From the NCBI GenBank assembly GCA_051382305.1, contig JBBCAV010000360.1, forward strand, positions 1-21,503: 21,503 nucleotides of DNA, in the 5' to 3' direction. The stretch's first letter is position 1, and the number at the start of each line of letters is the position of its first letter. Shown here one piece after another: positions 16,041 to 21,503 of the stretch. The position numbers and the translations under genes were made by a program. Origin of the DNA: Bdellovibrionota bacterium FG-2 (GTDB lineage: Bacteria; Bdellovibrionota; UBA1018). Below the pieces are notes generated by a model. The model was not told the origin of the DNA, made no database searches, and worked only from the letters and a program-made list of their open reading frames with translations.

Positions 16041-16169
16041 AGTCCCTTCCTTGGGAATTAACCGGGGCGTGATCCCGGCTGTGCAGCCTTACAATAAGGA
16101 TACCTGAGGTTATAAAGTCCTGGCAAGCTGCGGCTTTAAAAAAGATGTGCTTTTTAACGCATTGCAGAT

Positions 16170-16205
16170 TTGACTCCGTGCGGAACTTCTGCCTACAATA
16201 AAGCT
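16170..16205 (+). promoter_or_regulatory. Sigma-70 promoter, probably leaderless
   Basis: TTGACT-N18-TACAAT-N6-ATG(16206), with no SD. Confidence 0.65.
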
Positions 16206-17279
16206 ATGAGTAGGACCCCGACACGGAAGTCAGTGGAGCGCCGAAAGAAACCGAGAACCCGGAAATCTTCGGCTCGCGATAATAATAAGGACTCTGCGCC
16301 TAGGCTGCAGGAGCTTTCGGCCATTGATGGCTGTAAGAACTGTGGCAAAGACCTCAGAGGTTCTGAGCGAGCATTGTTCGTTGAAGAGGATCTGGGGCGC
16401 GTGTTTTGTTCGGAAACTTGTATCTCGGCCCATTTTTCGCCTGAAATCGAGCGTCTTGAAAAAGACTATCTCAGGCGACTCTCTCCTAATGATCTCTCTG
16501 CTGAGGAGCGCGAGAAGTATGCGCATCTCCGGTGGATCACGCTGCAAGAGGCGGATGAGGTGTGGCGGGAGAAGACCTTGAGTGGTGATCATCGCTATAC
16601 GTTGATTTCGGAGTTTTCTCCAGGGACCGAGAAGATTTGGTCCGTGTGTATTTGCCTCTTCTTAAGGGATGAGCCGAGTTTCTTATATTTAGCTTTCCCC
16701 ACTCGAAGTGCCGCCCTCATGAATGCTTATCGAAAAGGTGAGCGAATACGTTGGGAGAAGCCAGAGGCTTCAGAGGGCAGTGAATCAAGACTGACTCAAG
16801 TCAAGGCAAGGGATGCGCGGGAGGATGTGACCGAAAGAACCGATCGACTAGGGGAGCCTTGGACGGAGGATGAAACGTTTTTGGCGCAGATGAATCAAGA
16901 CCGCACGCAGCGCACAGATGATGATATTCAGCCTGAGGAGTTTGGGCTTTATGAGGGATTTGTGGATCAAACCCTTGAGAATCCGGATGAGGTCTGGGTC
17001 TTGGAATCTGGAGCGGAGCCGGCGGGCGAAAGCAAAGATCCCGGAGCGGGCGACGCAGAAGTGGAGTCGCCTAGGGTTTTTCATTTCTTAAAACAATTTG
17101 AAAAAGAAAACCCCGCGATTTGGTACATCATCGTGGCACGCGATACGGATGAAGAAGAGCAAATCGAAATTCTCGATGCCTTTCCAACCCGTGATCCCGA
17201 GGTCGTCGAACGATATCGGCGGGGCGAGCAACAAGTCGGTGGCGCGCTAACTCGCACGAATGTGCGGACGGTGCACTAG
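16206..17279 (+). CDS. Zn-finger (CxxC...FCSxxC) protein with two tandem copies of a PBECR2/BECR-like domain
   Basis: Basic N-terminal tail, then CKNC...FCSETC. The motif string TL..(P/A)DEVW...IW...AFPTR...YR.GE occurs twice. The nuclease-fold assignment is from motif memory only. Confidence 0.6.
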   Translation: MSRTPTRKSVERRKKPRTRKSSARDNNKDSAPRLQELSAIDGCKNCGKDLRGSERALFVEEDLGRVFCSETCISAHFSPEIERLEKDYLRRLSPNDLSAEEREKYAHLRWITLQEADEVWREKTLSGDHRYTLISEFSPGTEKIWSVCICLFLRDEPSFLYLAFPTRSAALMNAYRKGERIRWEKPEASEGSESRLTQVKARDAREDVTERTDRLGEPWTEDETFLAQMNQDRTQRTDDDIQPEEFGLYEGFVDQTLENPDEVWVLESGAEPAGESKDPGAGDAEVESPRVFHFLKQFEKENPAIWYIIVARDTDEEEQIEILDAFPTRDPEVVERYRRGEQQVGGALTRTNVRTVH

Positions 17280-17290
17280 TTCTGGGCGGT

Positions 17291-17881
17291 CTATCTAAAC
17301 TGTCCAAATGAATAGGATGGGCAAAGGTATTCGTTGCCTGCCATGAGGCATTGTTCCATCATTTTTCGATCTGCGTAGTCTACGATAAAAACGGAGTTGT
17401 ATTGGAGCCCCTGAAACCCTACAAACGCGCCTGCTGGGGCGAGGTCGGAGCATTGATAGAAGAGTCCACCCGTTTGGGTATTGGCCTTCGTTAAAATGTG
17501 TTCAGCGTCTACGACTTCAATGGGAAAGACGCAGATCTTTCTTGCGATAAACGGAGTGAGATCCACCATGATCTTAGACTCGTCGGTGCGGTGTCGGCAC
17601 ACGCTGTAGTCGTGGGTGCGTTCAATGTCCCCGTCGTAAGAGGGGGTGACGTTCACTTTGTCGGGGCAGCTATAGTCAGGATTTTGGTTGGCGGCTGAAC
17701 TCATGTCCACGCTTGATTGTGTGGGTGCCGAGTGTGCGGTGGCGGGAGATTGCGCGGCTTTGTCTGCGGGCGTGATCCCGATGATATGGGGTTGCATTCC
17801 ACACCCAGTGGCGAGGGTAATGAACACGATTGCAGATCCGCTAAACACTAAAAACGCTGATATACGACGAATGGATTTCAT
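17291..17881 (-). CDS. Hypothetical lipoprotein with six additional Cys
   Basis: Basic N-terminus, hydrophobic core and lipobox LATG-C27. SD AAGGAG upstream. An S/A/P/Q linker precedes a globular domain. Confidence 0.8.
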   Translation of the reverse strand: MKSIRRISAFLVFSGSAIVFITLATGCGMQPHIIGITPADKAAQSPATAHSAPTQSSVDMSSAANQNPDYSCPDKVNVTPSYDGDIERTHDYSVCRHRTDESKIMVDLTPFIARKICVFPIEVVDAEHILTKANTQTGGLFYQCSDLAPAGAFVGFQGLQYNSVFIVDYADRKMMEQCLMAGNEYLCPSYSFGQFR

Positions 17882-17941
17882 AACTCATCTCCTTTCTCAA
17901 AATCTTGCCGCGAAACGTACTGGGTGCTTACTGGTGATTAG

Positions 17942-17957
17942 AGCAAGGGGCGTGCCG
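17942..17957 (-). promoter_or_regulatory. Sigma-54 (RpoN) promoter for the lipoprotein gene
   Basis: The minus strand reads CGGCACGCCCCTTGCT (GGCAC-N5-TTGC). It is intergenic and ~60 nt upstream of ATG 17881. Confidence 0.65.
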
Positions 17958-18020
17958 GGCGGACTGCTGGGCGACTGTGCTGTAGCTATATGGAAAGATG
18001 GGGATTTATTCGAGAGGGTG

Positions 18021-19685
18021 TTATGGCTGGTTATTATTGTGCGGTGAAACTGTCCAAGCTTTTGACAGGTGAATAAGCCCAAGCAGCCCCAACCCCCCTA
18101 ATAGCAACGCCAAAGGCCCAAACCAATCGCCCCACTTCAAAATGAGGGTAGAGATTTTGGGCATGATGGGGATCTGAACATTCATAATCGTAGGAATGAA
18201 CTTCTCGGTTTTTTCGATGATCTCGCCATCCGGTAGGATGAGGGCAGAAATCCCCGTATTCGTCCCCCGCAACTGCGGGAGCCTCGTTTCGATGCTTCTA
18301 AACGTCGTAAGTGCTAAGTGAAGCTCAGGCTCGCCGCGGGCGCCAAACCACGAATCATTTGTGATGTTTAAAATCAATTGGCTCCCATTTCGAGCCGCCG
18401 CTACGACGTAGTTCGTAAACAGGGCTTCATAACAAATGATGGGCCCGGTGTTGACCTGCGCCGCAGAATCAAGCGGGATCGGCAGCACCTCGGGCCCCAC
18501 GCCGCGCCCAAAGTTTCCGACCTGCGGAAACGCTTGCTTGATAAACGAAAACGTCTCGGCTCCTGGAATGTATTCACCAAAAAGCAGTAAAACGTTCTTG
18601 CGATAAATGCGAAGGTCCAGCTCGTCAGGGAAGCCCACTCGCGGCTGCGGAAAAAGGTAGAAAAATGCATTGTGGTCTTTGTCGTTGAATCGATCGTAAC
18701 CGCCAAAAAGAAGGGGCGTTTTGCGGTCTTTTACGAAAGCTTCTACTCGCTGATCTCGCGCAAGCTCGTCGGCGGTTTGGGGGTGCCTAAAGTTTGAAGG
18801 ATACGCCGTCTCAGGCCAAATCAGCACTTGGGGTTTGGGCGTTAATGCCAGCGCCTGATCCGAAAGGCTGATATAAGTGTCGAGTACTTTTTGGCCGGCT
18901 CCTTTTACGCCGCGTTCTGACGCTATTTTATCAAAATCCCCAATATTGCCCTGAATCACGGCCGCTTGCAAAAAGCGCTCGGGGTTGGCCTGGATGGTTT
19001 GAATTTCTTTTAAGCGATAAAAGCCGTAGGCACCGAGTGCAACACTCAAAAGAACGGGGCCCAAAAGCGGAACTACGCGGAAGACGCCTTTAGTTTGCCT
19101 CCATGTCTTTATACTTTGATACAAGCCTTCGTTTACCCAAAAAATCAGAAAAGTCAGTAGCGCCGCTCCACCCAGATCCGCGCTTTGGCGTAGGATTTTT
19201 TGAGCGTAGAGCGAGTGCCCGAGTGTATCAACGAAAAGTTTAGGAATCGTCCAATCAATGCCCGTATAAAGAAGTGAAATTAAAACCGGCAGCAAAGCTG
19301 TGGGGAAAATCCTGCCGCGCCCTTCTGAAATCCTGCCTAGAAAAAACCGGCGCGCTAAGGCGAAAGCCAAGAACTGAGGCTGGCCAATGAGCGTAAACCC
19401 CAGCATGCCCACGATGGCGAGGCTCCAAGGGAGATTACCAAACTCTTGCAGCACAAAAGCAACCCAGTAAAAGCCCCCCAAGCTCATGAAGATGCCCAGC
19501 CACATCGCTTGCGCAGCCGTATTTTTCCAACTCTTGCAGCGATCAAGCGCAAAAAACCAGGGGATTAGGCTAATCCAGATTAAGGGCGCAAAATCCCAAG
19601 GAGGGAACGCGAAGACAATGAGCGCTGCGGAGAGTACGGTTAAAGGGTCGGGAATCCAAAATTTCGTCCGATTTTTCTGGTTCAC
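18021..19685 (-). CDS. lnt: Apolipoprotein N-acyltransferase
   Basis: Multi-TM N-terminus (AFPP, FYWV), then IQGNI. The nitrilase triad appears as WPETA / YRKNVLLLFGEYIP / ICYEALF, followed by NITNDSWFG, RSIETR and NTGISA. Confidence 0.96.
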   Translation of the reverse strand: MNQKNRTKFWIPDPLTVLSAALIVFAFPPWDFAPLIWISLIPWFFALDRCKSWKNTAAQAMWLGIFMSLGGFYWVAFVLQEFGNLPWSLAIVGMLGFTLIGQPQFLAFALARRFFLGRISEGRGRIFPTALLPVLISLLYTGIDWTIPKLFVDTLGHSLYAQKILRQSADLGGAALLTFLIFWVNEGLYQSIKTWRQTKGVFRVVPLLGPVLLSVALGAYGFYRLKEIQTIQANPERFLQAAVIQGNIGDFDKIASERGVKGAGQKVLDTYISLSDQALALTPKPQVLIWPETAYPSNFRHPQTADELARDQRVEAFVKDRKTPLLFGGYDRFNDKDHNAFFYLFPQPRVGFPDELDLRIYRKNVLLLFGEYIPGAETFSFIKQAFPQVGNFGRGVGPEVLPIPLDSAAQVNTGPIICYEALFTNYVVAAARNGSQLILNITNDSWFGARGEPELHLALTTFRSIETRLPQLRGTNTGISALILPDGEIIEKTEKFIPTIMNVQIPIMPKISTLILKWGDWFGPLALLLGGLGLLGLIHLSKAWTVSPHNNNQP

Positions 19686-19694
19686 GAACCTATC

Positions 19695-20819
19695 TTATTG
19701 CGGCTGACCTGGCTCGGAAAGCAGATTCAGCATCGAGACTGGCTTTTGCGCCAAGAGGCTGCCGGGTTTAGGCAGCTCAAGAGGGGTTCTAAGGGCCAAC
19801 AGGGCCGAGTAGGCGTTTACACGTCCGCCGGAGGCGACTTTTTCGGCTAGTGCAGGCAGCTTGTCGACAGACTTTACGATGAGTTGTTTGATCTGTTGGG
19901 GCGTAAGCGAAGGGTTCTGGGAAAGCAGTAGAGCTGCGATTCCAGTGACAAAAGCGGTGGCTTGCGAGGTTCCAGTCATGAAGCCATAACGTCCGCCGGG
20001 AAGCGTGCTGTAGATGTTCTCGCCGGGAGCCGTAACGTCAACTGCTTTTTTGCCCCAATTGGAGGAGGGCAGAAGCTGGTTGTGAATGTCGGTTGCAGCG
20101 ACGGAGAGAATGTTGCTCAAGCGATAGGCCGAAGGGTAATAATAATTTTGACTCAGATCCGTGTTTTGGTGCTCGTTGCCAGCGGCCGCCACAAACAAGA
20201 TTCCTTTGGCTTCGGCTTTCTTGATCGCTAGATACTCGTCTTCGCTGAACTCTGGGCCACCGCCACTGTAGTTAATGATGCGAGCGCCGTGTTCAACTGC
20301 ATAATCGATAGCTTTGATCGTATTGCGAAGGTTGACCGGGCCGGTGTTCGCATCGGAATAATACTTCACGGACATGATGGAAACTTTTTTGGCCACACCA
20401 CTAACGCCCATTTTGGCGTTCGTCATCGCACCAATAATGCCCGCGACGTGAGTGCCGTGACCGTGCTCATCGTGGGGATTGGGTTTGTCCACAACGAAGT
20501 TCCAGCCGTAAACGCCATTTTTGTTTTCCTTGGGATCATGCCAAATGTTTTGATTGAGATCTTGGTGAGTGGAGTCGAGCCCCGTATCAATGACGGCCAC
20601 GATGACGCCGCGAGAACCTTCTTCAATTTTCCAGGCTTCGGGAGCATGGATGTGAGAAGGGGCTTCAGAGTTGGTTAATCCCCAGTTCTTGAAACTAACG
20701 GTTGGAAGTTTTTGGGGGATACTCGGTTTTTCGGTGGTGGGTAAACCAAACGCCGTTACCGTGGCCAGACTGGTTATGACAGCGACTAAGAACCCAATTC
20801 GCTTAGCTGAAGGTTGCAT
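19695..20819 (-). CDS. Secreted S8 (subtilisin-like) serine protease
   Basis: Catalytic triad VAVIDTG / HGTHVAG / GTSQAT, oxyanion AAAGN, and APG. A signal peptide follows ATG 20819, which has SD GGAG. Confidence 0.95.
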   Translation of the reverse strand: MQPSAKRIGFLVAVITSLATVTAFGLPTTEKPSIPQKLPTVSFKNWGLTNSEAPSHIHAPEAWKIEEGSRGVIVAVIDTGLDSTHQDLNQNIWHDPKENKNGVYGWNFVVDKPNPHDEHGHGTHVAGIIGAMTNAKMGVSGVAKKVSIMSVKYYSDANTGPVNLRNTIKAIDYAVEHGARIINYSGGGPEFSEDEYLAIKKAEAKGILFVAAAGNEHQNTDLSQNYYYPSAYRLSNILSVAATDIHNQLLPSSNWGKKAVDVTAPGENIYSTLPGGRYGFMTGTSQATAFVTGIAALLLSQNPSLTPQQIKQLIVKSVDKLPALAEKVASGGRVNAYSALLALRTPLELPKPGSLLAQKPVSMLNLLSEPGQPQ

Positions 20820-20846
20820 ACTTTTCTTCTCCACAGGACTTCTCTG

Positions 20847-20862
20847 AGCAAGCTCCATGCCT
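20847..20862 (-). promoter_or_regulatory. Sigma-54 (RpoN) promoter for the S8 protease (and possibly lnt)
   Basis: The minus strand reads AGGCATGGAGCTTGCT (GGCAT-N5-TTGC). The predicted TSS (~20836) leaves a short leader containing SD GGAG. Confidence 0.6.
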
Positions 20863-21001
20863 CTGCGGGTCAAAGGAGACACACAATTTGCGGCTTGAAA
20901 AAGGGCCGCAATTTCATGCCCTAGCGGTCCAAATGCGGCTCAACGCTCGGCTCGATTAAGGGGGGGGCCTGTCAAACAACTAGACAGCTGAAAACAATTT
21001 C

Positions 21002-21502
21002 TTAAGGAAACGCGGGCAGAGGCTGCCTTAGGAGGCCCGCTTTCATAATCTCCCAAGCAAGCTCGTAGTCTGCTCCGTCGGGGTCGGTCATTCCCAAGGA
21101 ATCCATAATCGCCGCCGTGCCATCCGAATACTTTGAAACGATAGAACCACTGCCGCCATCCACTGTGATCGGACCTCCGTACCAAAGCAGTTCTCTGCGC
21201 GTTTGGCCGGGGAAAATGCTGCGATTTAGCGTGTAGTGAAACCCTTGATTCGCTAATGCGCTTGCCCGTTGTACGGGAAGGTTTAGAAACGTTTTTTTGC
21301 CAAGCGTGTTGAGTCTACGCCTGGAAAGGCCTGCAAAATCCAAATGACGATTCAAAGTAGAACGGGCCAATTCGCCCCCAGCGTCGATCGCATCGGCGAT
21401 TAAGCGGTAACGAAACGCAGCTGTCTCCAAAACGTGGTCATCTAAGCCCCAAATTATCCCCATGGAGCGGATGACTACCCCCAATCCGGAGGCGGTTCGA
21501 TG
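21002..21502 (-). CDS. Hypothetical protein, 3' part (frame open to the window edge)
   Basis: No stop codon in frame between 21502 and TAA at 21002-21004. No recognisable motif. Confidence 0.6.
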   Translation of the reverse strand, partial: HRTASGLGVVIRSMGIIWGLDDHVLETAAFRYRLIADAIDAGGELARSTLNRHLDFAGLSRRRLNTLGKKTFLNLPVQRASALANQGFHYTLNRSIFPGQTRRELLWYGGPITVDGGSGSIVSKYSDGTAAIMDSLGMTDPDGADYELAWEIMKAGLLRQPLPAFP

Positions 21503-21503
21503 C

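Noticed and set aside
16041..16082. RNA thermometer in the 5' UTR of the Hsp20-domain gene
   Set aside because: A GC hairpin exists (AGCCGGG/CCCGGTT on the minus strand), but SD pairing is only ~4 bp and I see no ROSE U(U/C)GCU or fourU motif.
16129..16144. TGCGGCTTTAAAAAAG, resembling TGCGGCTTGAAAAAGG at 20889-20904
   Set aside because: A 14/16 match that relies on an A-run is about what chance gives across the intergenic DNA here.

Overview
Gene-dense bacterial chromosomal window of roughly 50% GC. The gene content (AsmA, HrpB, PilZ, secreted S8 and M48 proteases, several sigma-54-type promoters, many orphans) suggests a Gram-negative Bdellovibrionota/Oligoflexia-like or other former-deltaproteobacterial organism; this is inference only. 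In order the window holds: M48 metalloprotease, VapBC-type TA pair, AsmA-family protein, hrpB, a selD-mnmH(selU) tRNA 2-selenouridine pair, an orphan, a PduO-type adenosyltransferase, tRNA-Gly(GCC), an RHH/RelE TA pair, and pgsA divergent from a START/PilZ/glpX/START/phasin-like run. After that come a sigma-54-driven orphan, a ~153-bp element with 26-bp inverted repeats (MITE-like), a coiled-coil/Hsp20 fusion, a Zn-finger protein with a tandemly duplicated BECR-like domain, a Cys-rich lipoprotein, lnt, a subtilase with no apparent propeptide, and a partial ORF. I see no CRISPR array, rRNA, integrase or transposase. The best candidates for something undescribed are the MITE-like element, the Zn-finger/duplicated-domain protein with its divergent giant Hsp20 neighbour, and the pgsA-START-PilZ-glpX-START-phasin cluster. 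All assignments come from motif recognition by eye; no searches were run.
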